A stretch of 63,752 nucleotides of DNA, the filler included, from Hausera hauseri (Eukaryota), in NCBI GenBank assembly GCA_046269625.1. It is 11 parts of 11 records of this genome, joined end to end, with 100 filler letters (N's around TTAATTAATTAA, not from the genome) between each part and the next. Parts side by side here need not be neighbours in the genome. Positions count along the whole stretch, not along the records: positions 44,406 to 49,249 come from JBJURY010416700.1; positions 49,350 to 54,956 come from JBJURY010221852.1; positions 55,057 to 59,268 come from JBJURY010697882.1; 8 more parts are not named here. One strand, written 5' to 3'. Within the stretch, counting starts at the first letter, position 1. Every line of letters starts with the position of its first letter. The position numbers and the translations under genes are program-made. Below, one piece after another: positions 44,406 through 57,195 of this stretch. Under the pieces are notes generated by a model, which was not told the DNA's origin, did not search any database, and saw nothing but the letters and a program-made list of their open reading frames with translations.

Positions 44406-44800
44406 TCAAAAGGGAAGATATGGGTAGATATCGTTCCAGCTATTGAATTTAGTTTAAACGCCGCCCATCAGCGCTCAGTTGCATGTAGCCTCAATGAAGT
44501 CATTTTTTGGGTGTAAAATGCATCTTTTTGGCAACAATTCAAAAGACGGATAACAAGTTATCAATTTCAGAAGCCAGACATGAGCAAGGAAATCATATGG
44601 AATAATGATAAGAGAATTAATAGGAGTTTTACAGTTGGGGATCTCGTCTTGGTAAAGAATGAAAGTAGATGTAAGGGCACGGATCGATATGAAGGGCAGT
44701 TCGAAATAACTCGTAAATTTCATGATACAAGCTACGAACTCGTTCGCATCGTAAAATGGTTGAAATCGTTTAAGCAAGGGGATGTGAGGAACAAATATAC
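44406..44800 (+). mobile_element. 3' end of a Gypsy integrase, followed by a polypurine tract and an LTR start (TGTGAG at 44783)
   Basis: W.DIVPAIEFSLN; FTVGDLVLVK....RYEGQFEI; then AAGCAAGGGGA directly before TG. Confidence 0.7.
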
Positions 44801-45328
44801 AATTTTAATAAATGTACAGTATATATAAATATGAAATAAAATAAAATGTAAGGAATCCGGAATATTCTTTTTGTTAAAGAACAGCTGTGATTGATATTAT
44901 TTAATGTCGACGAACAATATTTTTAATATTGCTGACATTATTTCCTGTTCATGACACTTCACCTTGCGGTAGAATAATTCTGAATTATTACTAGCAGCCG
45001 CCAAACAATAGTTTTAATATCGGTGACGTTGTTTCGTGCTTATAATAAATCTATTGACATTACCTTGTGTATATAATTTTTTAATTATATTTTTCACCAT
45101 ATGTTATGGTTACAAGATGAGTATATATATTTGTCATTGACTGTAAAATATAGAGCGATTGAAATGATTTGAGTCTAATATGTATTATTTAGATAACTGT
45201 AAGTACGCTTTTGTGATTTCATTTTATCTCATTTTATTCTTTTCTTTAATAACTGAGTATCATTAAAGCTTTGTTTTATTTCTGTATACGTAGTCATATT
45301 AAAGTACGTAATAAGGGATATAATTAAG

Positions 45329-48300
45329 TGTTATAAAATTTCTATCCCGTTTCGGTATTCCGGTGTTAATATACCGGTTGTCTTATATAAAGATAAGTAA
45401 AGGTATCGACACCAGTGTTCCTCCTGGTGAACGAACTACAATAAGGCAAATTAAACTAACAAGCAGACCCCACAGGCTCCTTTTAAAATTTAATAATAAT
45501 CTAGGTCTAAGGAGAGAATACCTTAGACTTTATCAGAAATTGATTAAGAGTATAAGTTTGGGGTGGTAAAGTAAGCTCAATCAACCTTTAAACTTATCAA
45601 TGGTGCCTCGAGTGAGGAGGCATACTGGCATCGTATTCTTTACAAAATAAACGTAAAGTACATGCTACTATCACAACTTCACGTACTGATTCGGCAAAGT
45701 GTAGTTCCGAATCAGACGAAAATCCACAAATAAACTTAAACGAGAACCCAGAGATGTCGAATTCCGGAGTAGGCGCAAACATAGGCAGCAACCTACCAGG
45801 AACGATGGTGTTACCGATGGATAAATATGAGGCCAAACCAGATCAAGAATATGCAGAATTTATTATGCAATATGAAATGCACTCCGAAAGCTTTAACTGG
45901 ACAGATGAGCTTAGGATGAAGTGGCTCCCTTTGCACCTTAAAGGCATAGCACTAAATGCTTATACACAAATAAAAGATAATGAAGATAAAGCTGATTGGG
46001 CTAGCCTTGCTGGAGTAAATAGCTGAAATGAGGAAATACTATATAATCAGACCCAGTAACTCTTCATGGGCAGTTCCAATTGTAGTGGTACAAAAGAAAG
46101 ATAGTTCTATCAGAATGTGTGTAAATTATCGTGCTCTCAATAAAATGACAATAGATATCACCTATCCGTTACCTAGAATCGACGAGCTACTAGATAATTT
46201 AAAAGATAAAATGTTATTTACTACGCTAGATCTACCTGAAAGATTTTGACAAGTAGAAATCCAGGAAGATAAACAAAAAACAGCTTTTGTAACTGCAGAT
46301 GGACATTATGAGTTCAACTAAATGCCATTAGAAATGAAAAATTCCCCGGCAACGTTTCAAACAGCTATGGATATAATAATAATGGACGCTCCACACATAA
46401 TGTGTTATGTGGATGATGTCATAATTGCTTCAACTGGTTATAAACAGCACAAAGAACAGCTCAAAGACAAATGTTGCTTTGCTAGAACCAAAGTAGACTT
46501 TTGAGGTCATACTGTGAGTAGGGAAGGCATTATTCCTAAGATTGGAAAAACAAATAAAATACAATATTTTCCAGTCCCGAAAACAGTTAGAGCAGTCCGT
46601 AAATTTCTTGGTCTTACAGGATATTATAGAAAATGCGTTAAGGACTACCAGCAAATAACGTCTTCATCACGTTCGCTACTGCAAGAAAACTCCAAACTTG
46701 TTTGGACTCAAGAATGCCAAAAAGCATATCAACAGCTAAATGATAGCTTATTGGCTCCACCAATATTAACTTTTTCAAATATATCAAAATCATATTTCCT
46801 GGCCACAGATGCGAGTAAAATTAGAATTAAGGCTGTTTTGTCCCAAAAAGGATGTTCAAGAACAAGAACATCCAATATCGTTAGAAGGCAGGAAGTTGCG
46901 AAAACATGAAAGAAACTACTCTACAATCGAGAGAAAACTACTTACGATTGTATATGCATTGGAACAGTATGGACAGTATATGTCGGAAACCAAACCCATC
47001 ATTATTTATACCGACCATAAACCACTACAGTCGTTTAAGAACCATAAGAATCCAAGTAGTCGTGTAATGAAATGGGCAATGTTGCTACAGCCCTATAGTT
47101 TAATGTTTGAGTATAAAATAGGCAAAGCCAGTGCTAATGCCGACTACATGTCGAGAATACCTAAAGACATGGTCCAAAAAGAAGAAGAATTGGTAGATAA
47201 TCCGGGCGTTATAGCAGCCATTTGGAGTATCACGGAACAAGAAAAATCTATATTATAAAACAGCAGAACGATGAGTTTCAACGAAAAAAACAATACCAAA
47301 AGATACTAACCTCCATGCTCATCTAATAAAATTCGCAGAAAATGACGAAGTAAAAGACGGTATTATGTACTATAATTATAATGGAAAATTTGTTGTCGTG
47401 GTTCCGCAAGATGTAAAATTACTATTGACCAGCCCTTATGGAATTTTCAGCGATGGATATTCTGGGACCACTGCCAGTGACAAAAAATGGAAATAAGTAT
47501 ATGTTAGTATTTGTTGACTTATTTTCCAGATGGCCGGTCGTAGTTCCAATATCGGATCAAAAGGCCCAAACTATTGCCCAAGCGTTGTTGAAGAAATTGT
47601 GTTTAATTATAGAGCACCTACCAAATTATTAACAAATCAGGCCCCAAACTTCACAGGAAACGTAATTGCGGAAATATCGAAAATATTTCGAATATTACAG
47701 CTGAAAACTACTCCGTATCATCCACAGACTAATGGAACGGTAGAGCGGTTTAATAGAACTTTAACTAATATGCTGGCGACAATGGTTAACGAACGGCAGG
47801 ATGATTTGGATGAATATATAAAGCCCTGCTTGTTCGCCATCAGGAACACAATTCATCCGACAACAAAAGAAACACCATTTAATTTGATGTATTTTAGAGA
47901 TGCTCATATGCCGGTCGATTTAGATTTTAAGGTGCCTGTTTCCCATCTGAAAGATGTGGAATATAAAGAACTTCTAGAAAAGAAATTGGGATATGTATGG
48001 AATTTGGCTTCACGACGTATAAAATTATGCCAGAGTATAAAAATAGATACAATGAAAAAGCTAAGTCACACCGCTTTAAAGCTGGAGATAAAGTCATGTT
48101 ACATACAACTTTGAGTAAGAAAGGAAAGACTCCAAAATTGGACAGACCATATAAGGGCACATGATTCAAAAGGTGGATGAAACTAACGTTTGCCTAAATA
48201 AGAATGAACGCAATAAAACGGATCCGATAAAAGTTCACGTGAACCGATGCAAACAGGCACCGGCAGAATGAAAACTACGGAGTGAAAATCTTAATTTATC

Positions 48301-49249
48301 AACAATAACATTGATAATGTTAAGCCTAATGGCATGCATATCGGTTGAACCCTTAGATGTGAATGATAAAGCCGTTCAAATTGGAAAATATCCGTGCATA
48401 AAAATTACAGCTAATCGAAAGCCAACTAAGGAGGAACCTCTCCTATTTAATAACCGCCAATCGTTCAGAAGCTATTCTCATGGAGATAACTATAATGGAC
48501 TTAAATAAAAAATTATCTTGGATCCGCTCATTACCTAACTAGAGCAGATAGATAATTATAACAGCCTATTAACCAGAGTAAAAAGGCTGATTTAATCGGT
48601 CAAACCGATCAATATCAAATCTAGCCTATTATCCGGCAACATATTACAGGAAAAATGATTGTGGGAATGGATGTATTCACCACAAATTCCCAAATCGCCC
48701 CCGTCAACATGGATCAGGTAATAGGTATGAGAGATCTTTATCACAATGAACAAATCCACCCGAAGAACTGACCCATAAACAAATCTTATTGAAATATAAT
48801 AATACCAAATACCCAACAAAAACAAAAGATAAAGCGCCGGTTATACTTAATATGTATAATACCTTCAAGGAATATCAAGCGGAACTACAGGATCAATATC
48901 AGAACCAATAATGCATGAGCTCTCAAATAAACAGCTTATATCCCTCGCTTTATCGGATGATGAGACTACTGTGTCAGTCAGTTAGTCAATGGATATCGAT
49001 GATTTCTCAAAGTCAACAGTCACTAAATCAGGGCCATCATTCGAATCATCGATCGATATCGATGAACTTCCATGACCCTCAATAATCGTCAAACCAGAAT
49101 CATTATCGGTCGTTGTGCCCAGCGAACCAATATCCACTGACCTAACGAAAAGAGAAGAAAACTCCCAAAGGAAGAAACGATCACACTAAAACTCAAATTC
49201 AAAAAGAAGGGTCAATGGCGGCAATACGAATCTTCCAGATACCGTTTGG
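45329..49249 (+). mobile_element. Gypsy LTR retrotransposon, decayed: 5' LTR about 45329-45599, PBS 45601-45617, truncated gag, RT, RNase H, integrase, downstream ORF
   Basis: Gag WLPLHLKGIALNAY; RT IRPSNSSWAVPIVVVQKKD.SIRMCVNYRALN, YPLPRIDELL, YVDDVII; RNase H TDAS, RNYSTIERKLL, TDHKPL, NADYMSR; integrase MDILGPLP, TTPYHPQTNGTVERFNRTL. Confidence 0.92.
45601..45617 (+). promoter_or_regulatory. Primer-binding site TGGTGCCTCGAGTGAGG, complementary to the elongator tRNA-Met 3' end
   Basis: Starts 1 nt after a ..TATCA LTR end. It differs at two positions from TGGTGCCCCGTGTGAGG, the complement of the animal elongator tRNA-Met 3' end as I recall it. Confidence 0.65.
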
Positions 49250-49806
49250 NNNNNNNNNNNNNNNNNNNNNNNNNNNNNNNNNNNNNNNNNNNNTTAATTA
49301 ATTAANNNNNNNNNNNNNNNNNNNNNNNNNNNNNNNNNNNNNNNNNNNNAACCGACATATTAGAATGTTAAATAAAGAATTTTAAACAAATTTTGTAGCA
49401 TTATTGTCCTCAAAAAGACATTTATATATAGTTTATTACAATATGTTGCTGTAAAAGAATCATATTGTTATTTTATATTGACTATAAAGTCATCAACTTG
49501 GACACGGCCTTGCCAAATAACAACATTTAATAGAAATTGATTAAACAAATTATTTTATCAAAAACGCCCTCATTTATGAGATTACCTTTATACTGATAAT
49601 TGGATATCTACATATACTTATAGTACAACAAATTGTATGTGCGAGATTCAAAAATATATCTGCCCAACCGATGTTCTCTAACGAAGATCTCAATAAGATC
49701 GACATATTAGAATGTTGTGACAGAGACTGGTTGAATTTTTTCAATAACAATATTCAGAGGTAATGTAGTAGTAACTAATGGTTTCTTGCATCACATGACA
49801 CGACAA

Positions 49807-50782
49807 TTACCATTCATGAATAGAATTATTGTACATTCTTGATGAAGAGTTTATATAACTATTACACGATAAACTCATCTCAGCAATGCATAACTCGTAC
49901 TTGAAATAAAAGTTTTTGTCTATAAATATGTTGTTTATATTAATATGCGAACTAACTTTCTTCCATTCTACATCAAGCCCCAATATTTCTACATTCAGTC
50001 CTCTACCTTCAATCAATTCCCTTTTCACCTTCATTTTTTTAAGTGTGAAATTAACTTGTTTCAATGATGATACATTTTCAATCGGGAGGAATATCTACCT
50101 TTAATACCATCTCCCAACACAGTCTCTTTAACCCCATCAAGCATAGTACTACTCATCACATTAGTATTTTATGAGTTATACGATGTACAATTATTATTAT
50201 ATTCAGTAACAGACCAATTAAATGATCGATTCGAATCGTCATCTGATAAGATGAAATTCTCCAACAATTTCCACAAATTCAATATTTGAGCTTCCCCACA
50301 ATTCCATAAATTACTGATAACCAACAAAAAAACTTGGCCAGATACGTCAAATCCCAACCACATACCACCCTCCTGTTTACAAATTCGTTTATTTTCAACT
50401 GAATTATCTGTAATGTATTAATTTCAAAGTAACACATTCCAGTTTCACCTTCAATAAAATAAAAGACACCAGTACATAAATACCACACTATTGTACGAAC
50501 AACCAATCTCAACTTATTACAAAAAGTTTGCCCAACATTCTCAACCATGTAAACACCGCTTGTTGTTCCGATAAAGCAAAATAACACAGAAAATATCCAA
50601 TCCCACGCCCCTTTTACCCCCACAACGCAACCCGAACCGACATTCGTGGGATTGAAATAAGAATAATAACCAACGATATTATTAAAATCAATTTTGATTT
50701 TGTCAAAATACGCAGCAGGTCGACAAGTGAATAGAAAGTTCCACCATGACCGATTAGTAAGGTTACCTTTTAAGTTGCTCAT
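49807..50782 (-). pseudogene. Frameshifted ORF of unknown function downstream of the 202-aa ORF
   Basis: Three consecutive same-strand fragments (167, 64 and 85 aa) with protein-like composition. Confidence 0.45.
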
Positions 50783-51387
50783 AGGATTGAAATTAGACCT
50801 CGATAGATTTTCTTGCTCGATGTAATTTTTTTCCCATTGACTTGTTGATGTATTTCAACTGATCTTGACGCAAAACGAGAAAATATCGATGATAATTCAT
50901 CTATTTCTTTGTCGGAGAGACGATGATCGATTATCAAGTCAGTGACGATAAGCTGTCGTGCAATAAAACGTTTCCAATATTTGATAAACGATTTCACATT
51001 ATTTTCATCTGCAGACATCAACGACAGTTGACCTTTAGTATCTTGCACCATAACATCAGATATTGTATCATCCGAAACCCACGATGAATAACAAGGTAGA
51101 ATATTCGATTTCGGCAGAAGTTTCACAATTATTGTGTTTAAGATTAAATCTCTAGTGATCGGTTTCATTTTACTCGGTCTTGGATATTGTACATTTAATG
51201 TCACGTCCCCAATTTTGATTCCAGCGGGTATATTAAAGTCCATAGATTCATTTTGTATTTCTCTGCGTACCAACGCAACTTCCTCTTGATTTAATTCGTC
51301 CCCGTTCATTTGTATTAAACGATTAAAAAGTTCATCTTCTCGATTGATCAATCTCGTAATCTTCTTCATTTTCCTTAACAATGTCAT
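50779..51387 (-). CDS. Intact 202-aa ORF of unknown function, with a possible C-terminal winged-helix
   Basis: Open ATG-to-TGA frame whose stop overlaps the ATG of the next ORF (ATGA). The C-terminus has an RFX-like pattern (IKYWKRF...LSSIF...SKKIYRGL). Confidence 0.55.
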   Translation of the reverse strand: MTLLRKMKKITRLINREDELFNRLIQMNGDELNQEEVALVRREIQNESMDFNIPAGIKIGDVTLNVQYPRPSKMKPITRDLILNTIIVKLLPKSNILPCYSSWVSDDTISDVMVQDTKGQLSLMSADENNVKSFIKYWKRFIARQLIVTDLIIDHRLSDKEIDELSSIFSRFASRSVEIHQQVNGKKITSSKKIYRGLISIL

Positions 51388-51629
51388 TTTGCAATATAAA
51401 CCAAACTCAATTGTTTCTTTGCAATTTCAAATTTTTAAACCTTATTTAATTAATTCTTTTCATCGATTTATCTTTCAGATTGCTGTATATACAACATCTT
51501 TATATTTATTTTATCACATTGTGTTCATACTCAAATTAATTCATTTATTTAAAATGTACAAAACCCACGCATTGTTATTTCTCATCTTTCGTAGACAACT
51601 GCACATACGAACAAATATACTTTTTATTG

Positions 51630-52960
51630 TTATCTAATTCGACTTGTTCTATTTGTTCGTCGTTCGTCAAAAAACCATTTCTTTTCAAATTTTCTGTACG
51701 CAATGTAGTCCTCCGAATACCGATCCCATGTGACAACTATTGCTTTTAATTTATACCTAGCTTCCTTAGTATCGCTGGTTTGGTGTTCATTAAATATTAA
51801 TGGAAATTTTAACTTAAACGATTTATTGTATTGAATATGATATACAGGTTTTATCATTTGTCCCTTATCGGATCCAATTTATTGGCCTGAATGTAACAAA
51901 GGATTTTCGGTAGCTACAGAAAGAAGCACATCTGCATTACATTATTAAGATCGTCATCTATCATCGATGGTGAAAAATATAATCTGTGACCAAATCAGTA
52001 ATGTCAAGACCAGATGGCTCTCCATAATTCCTTGTTAAACTGATTGATAAGCTCAGATGATACTGAATTTTATTCTTGTAATAACTGTTACTATACATAG
52101 GAATAATTTTGAATTTCAGAGGAACTTTATTTGTCCCAACATGATTTGTATATTCTTTTTTTCCATGCAGCACGTTTCCTCTCTGATTTTGAATCTAACC
52201 GGTATGCTTTCTTTTGATTTATAATTTAAGGCTTCATATGCAATTATGCCAACAAGAAATGCTAAAATTAGCACTATTGCAAGTACTATCAGAATCCAAG
52301 GAATATAATGATCTATGAATGATGATGTTAACGTTGTTGTGTTTATTTTATGAGCAATTTGAATGGAGAAGGCTTCATTTAAGATTGTAAGTATTATGAG
52401 CATAAACAGTAGTCTTGATTAATTGGCAATTCGCCTAAACAAATAAATATACAGTATGATTTTACTATTCTTTTCGTTGTTCGGTTTCATGAGTCTTCTC
52501 TTTATTCACATTAACTCTTGTATAATTATCGGTGAATCCTAAACACGCAGCATCCTTTCGTTCGGCTTCTTTTAAACTAATTGGTATAATTCGACAGTAA
52601 ACTCAAATAGCACCTCGCATGTCTTCAATTTGATTGTAACCTATTTTCCGTATGAATGTTTCTTTGTAATTTCTCGGCCCAGTTCTTCGTTTTGATTCAC
52701 CGCTTGAAGTTTATCGAGAAGCTTACTAGCCGCTTCTGAGGTCTCAGATTTATTCTGATTCCCGTCATTTCAACTTGAACCTTTACGATTTATTTTTCTC
52801 TCTGTCTTGGTAATTTCAAACTTCATTCGCTGATTCTTTCTCGTCTATTTCTTTATTACTGCACCAATTCCAGTGACTCTTGTTTTCGGTAACCTTTCAC
52901 TTCTCTCCAACTCACAAGTCTAATTTTTTCCTGTATAACGTTTGTTGCTTAGATGAATGA
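51630..52960 (-). pseudogene. Decayed chimeric ORF: charged coil, kinesin-14 neck fragment, signal/TM segments, inactive USP-like domain
   Basis: 52680-52500 reads RNYKETFIRKIGYNQIEDMRGAI*VYCRIIPISLKEAE (compare kinesin-14/KCBP RKRYYNTIEDMKGKIRVYCRIRPL..KE). TM: IPWILIVLAIVLILAFLVGIIAY. C-terminal YKLKAIVVTWDRYSEDYIAYRKFEKKWFFDE (compare USP YxLxAVVxHxG...GHYxAY.K....W..FDD). Confidence 0.7.
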
Positions 52961-53299
52961 AACAAAGATTAGCACGGAATAACCGACTACGATCGTCTTT
53001 ACTTTTGGTCCTCTGAATGTCGACTCGGGCTATTTATTTATGACAGTCACTACATACTTTTTGTATTTCCATACCTATTTTACATCTTCAAACACGCAGG
53101 TTTTCTACAACAATCTCAATTCCACACAAAATTCATATGATAAACATAAAATATATATGTACAATATGCCTATATACAGCATCCCCATTCACTCACTCCG
53201 TTCTGTACATAAACACACGCATACTCACACACATACCTATATATACTATATACACCTTTCTTCTTTATTTCTCATGTCCTCCGGATTATCCAACTAGTC

Positions 53300-54350
53300 A
53301 GTCGGGTTTCAACAGAGCTGAATATATGAACCGCCCCGCATTGGAGAGTACTTGTGAACATACACAGTCAATCTTTTGACGGTTTCCAGAGTCCATCCGC
53401 TCTTCTTGTCTTGGCTCTCCCCGGTTTCACGGATCAGCTTCTTGTGCGCCTCTTGAATCCATTCTGCTATACTGGTGTCTTTCAACATGGGTCTATTTTT
53501 GATCTTGAAGGCCCTATTGGATTCTTTGCCATCAACCTTGATGTATGTGGCCTCCAGTTTCATATTCACCTTAGGGCTTTGAGCTCAGCCATGTTGTCCT
53601 GAAGAATCCTCTCTGTCTCGTCCTTTGTGTATAAGAGGAGATCTTGGAGGGTCGTTTGACCAGTTGCCTCAATAACATATCTGCGTCATTTTCTCTTTAA
53701 TGCTGCCTCAACAACTGGCCGCTGTCTTTGGCTTTTTGATAGAGCCGGTGCGTCTGATGTGGCTGCGCCTGATGCTGCTGCGCATGATGCGGCTGCGCGT
53801 TTCAATTCTCTAATATGCTTCGCAACTGTTACACCAGATCCAACAGAATAATGAGAGGCAGAATACTGCGAAGCAGATGCATCAACATTGTGTTGCTCAT
53901 TAAAGATGGCCTTCTTTGACTTTGATGCGAGGTGACTCAAATGATGTTTGTGATCATAATAGAACTGTATGTAATCTGTGCCGCATACAGTCTCACATCC
54001 TGGGCATATATAAGATGAGGATCCTATTGAATTTGTATCCATAATAGCTCCTCATAGTATTATGACAGTTCTGAGAGTTGTGTATTGTACATGTGCAATA
54101 CAAGTATGAACTGCATCTTTGATTTTGCTTAGGCGTTGAAGTAATTATTGGCATAGTGGTATTGAATATTTGTTTTTTCGACTTGGTGAAGGGAATCAGG
54201 TGTTATTTATGGGCATTGTAAAAGTCTTCATATTTGGTCTGGCACACTACCTCATACGTAGGGCATATATAATACTCAGCCCTGTTGTATAGATGGCTGA
54301 AGTATTTCTGCATAATATTGTGGCAATTTTCAGGCTCGTGGATTTGAGCC
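53300..54350 (-). pseudogene. polB: N-terminal fragment of a second Polinton pPolB
   Basis: AALKRK*RRYVI; KKSGWTLETVKRLTVYVHKYSPMRGGSYIQL, the GSGW...GGSYI.LP motif preceding the Polinton polB core; upstream Cys/His motifs are shared with the contig-1 copy. Confidence 0.8.
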
Positions 54351-55056
54351 TAGCACTGTTTGTATAGATTGCACATCTAAAAATCAACCAAATATTTGAG
54401 GAGCACAAATAAAAATCTCACCATTCGTGGAAGTGATTTTGGAAATAATGAAACATATAGCTATATCAATGCATACTGCATACTTTATTGGATTTTTTCG
54501 AACATTCTAGAACACTTTGTTTTAATGCATCAAATAAATTATATGCGTGTCGTCGCCAAATAGGTTTTCATACATGGGCATTCGAATGGAGTGATCATAT
54601 TGTTCCAATAATACATGCTGGACCGAATATTATCGAATTTTTCAATGTTTTATTCATTTCGAGACTTCCAAACACTGCACACCCTATTTTTGGTTTACGA
54701 AGGTTTTCGGACATAGGGAATCCGATGGTGCTATTCGAATATTCGAATTCGATCGAAAAATCGGCTTTTTTATTTAAGCTTCTTTTCGAATATCTGACGT
54801 CATATTCGGATTCTCCATATATGGGGTTCTATCGCTCTACGCTTTTAAATTTTTCGATTTTTGCTTCTATTCGAATAGGAAATCAATTATTCGAAAAGTT
54901 CGACTTGTATTCGAGTTTTCGAATATCTGATGTCATAATCGGATACAGCACATGTTNNNNNNNNNNNNNNNNNNNNNNNNNNNNNNNNNNNNNNNNNNNN
55001 TTAATTAATTAANNNNNNNNNNNNNNNNNNNNNNNNNNNNNNNNNNNNNNNNNNNN

Positions 55057-56307
55057 AAATGTGTCAGTTGCAACAGTTTGTCGTATCCAATTAAATTTCC
55101 CACACATTGGATAGATAAGATTAAACAAGCCCTGGAGACAAGATTTACAACTGAACCAGACGGACGAACTACTTTAGACTTATCGAATTTTCATTCTGAT
55201 AAAATATTCAAAGATTGTGGTCTAGAATTAAGATTGAATCGTCAAGAAGTGATTGAGAACATAACCGAAATTCTGAAAGGAACTTTGAAAGAATTGACGG
55301 AACTCAATGTGTCCCATAATTCCATTCAACGTCCATCGACATTGAAACGATTTCTTAGCGAAATTAACGTCCTGAAATTGAATCTCAGCAATAACAAGAT
55401 TTCAGATGCAAACGGTTTGATTTTCTTATCGACAACATCAGTCCAGGAACTTAATATAGAACAAAACGAAATCATGACGAGGTACAACTCGAAAAATGGG
55501 TTACGTGATAAAATCGTATCGATCATTCCAAAATTGCAAGTATTGAACGGATCAAATCTGGAAAGCAGTGTGGTAATAGCAGCTGATAGGATTGAGTTGA
55601 ACAAAAAAATACCTCAAACAATAAGTTCGAACAGAAATGATGACGTTTTCAAATTCGTTCAGGATTTTCTAACGAAATTCGATTCAAGAAATCGAGATGC
55701 GTTTTGTTCTTCATACGGATCAGAATCCGTTTTTACGTTAAACACATGTGGTGCTGTCCCAAAATATTTCAAACCATTCACGCGAATGGCGCAATGTGTG
55801 AAGACGGGCATGGTAGAAATCAGCCGATTCTTCTCGCGATTTCCATCGACTTATCATGTATTCGATCAGATGAATGTGGATGTTGTCGGTAATGGAATGT
55901 CAGAAATGGGCAAACAATACGCCATTTGCAACATTACAGGGATTTTTATTGAATGCCCCAGTAAACTGGGACAAACCCATTATAAAGCTCGACAATTCAG
56001 CAGATTTTTGATCATCATCGAGGGTGGCTTAATTCTACAGGATAATCTTACGATCAATTTTTACAATGAGAAAAATTATCAGATTCAATACGATTCATTC
56101 GTCAAACACGTCAGCAACTTGGTCGATTTCGCCAAGACTTGTTCGGCTTTGGAAAAATTATCTTACCGGGACGCAGAAGTAGTTCTGAAATTCAGTGAAA
56201 TGAGTGGCATGAATGCAAATAATAGTATGCAGTTTTTGTCGAATTGTTCCAGTTTTGATGATGCAGTTGCCAGATTACAGAATCAACAGTGTTCTTGTTT
56301 GAAATAA
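55057..56307 (+). CDS. NXF1: Nuclear RNA export factor (NXF1/TAP family), 5'-truncated by the contig edge: LRR, NTF2-like and UBA/TAP-C domains
   Basis: TLDLSNFHSD; LRRs LTELNVSHNSI, LNLSNNKI, ELNIEQNEI; LRRcap IPKLQVLNG; NTF2-like FVQDFL..FD..NR, ITGIFIE, RQFSRFLII; TAP-C FSEMSGMN..NSMQFL. Which paralog this is cannot be determined here. Confidence 0.88.
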   Translation, partial: KCVSCNSLSYPIKFPTHWIDKIKQALETRFTTEPDGRTTLDLSNFHSDKIFKDCGLELRLNRQEVIENITEILKGTLKELTELNVSHNSIQRPSTLKRFLSEINVLKLNLSNNKISDANGLIFLSTTSVQELNIEQNEIMTRYNSKNGLRDKIVSIIPKLQVLNGSNLESSVVIAADRIELNKKIPQTISSNRNDDVFKFVQDFLTKFDSRNRDAFCSSYGSESVFTLNTCGAVPKYFKPFTRMAQCVKTGMVEISRFFSRFPSTYHVFDQMNVDVVGNGMSEMGKQYAICNITGIFIECPSKLGQTHYKARQFSRFLIIIEGGLILQDNLTINFYNEKNYQIQYDSFVKHVSNLVDFAKTCSALEKLSYRDAEVVLKFSEMSGMNANNSMQFLSNCSSFDDAVARLQNQQCSCLK

Positions 56308-57195
56308 ATTATTTTTATTATACTGTCTATTGTTATAAGTAGACTGGAAATATAGTCGTGCAGTTATTTGAAACGAATCAATTTCGTTGATAAATAAGTT
56401 CAAGTGTAAAATTGTATCAAATTCAAATGAGTGTATTTCGATCACATTACCGTCGATAATTCGTAATATATTTTATTTCAATTTATTCGTATGTAAATGG
56501 AACAATTAAATTTTTATTGTTTTGTACATTTTGACTTTACTGGAGTTTTCATTTTGTAGATTGAGATGCTAAATATCTCGTGTACAGTATCATTCCACCT
56601 GCAAAGTGAATGGCACTTATTCATTTGATTTGCGATCCAAATATTTTGACAGTTGGTATAGGTTACATTGTTATTATAAACTTATCAAACTGTTGACCTA
56701 TGATGTTCATACGGGGTGGGGGTAAAGTGAATAAGTACCATAAGTTTTTGAGTGATACTGTATTTACACGTACAATATATCCATGTTCATCTCATCAATG
56801 GCGGATTGAAGGAAAAGAGACTAAATTTTATAATGTATTAACCATATCAAAAGTTTTTATCTTGTTTGATTCTCCTCCGAAAGAATTTCGAGCTTCGATA
56901 AAAATTTCATCCGTTGTCGCAATGGTCGGTAAGATCAAAGGGTATCCGTATAATCGAACCTTTAATCAAAGCTCAAAATATTTATGAATATGGGGAAGGA
57001 AAATAAACATGTGCCCATTAATCGATTGGGATAAAATATCGAATTCAAGTCATAGTGAAATATATTATAAAAATATTCGAATCAAAAATAACTCTAAGAT
57101 AATTGATATTACTCACGGCAAAGAGTAAATAACGTATAAAACAATGATATCTCTAAGTAGAAAACATCACAGACAATACAGAAAAGTCAGAAGGT

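Noticed and set aside
54488-54956. 174-aa ORF in the track
   Set aside because: It runs into the N spacer and overlaps a TTCGAATA-rich stretch that looks like a DNA-transposon subterminal region.
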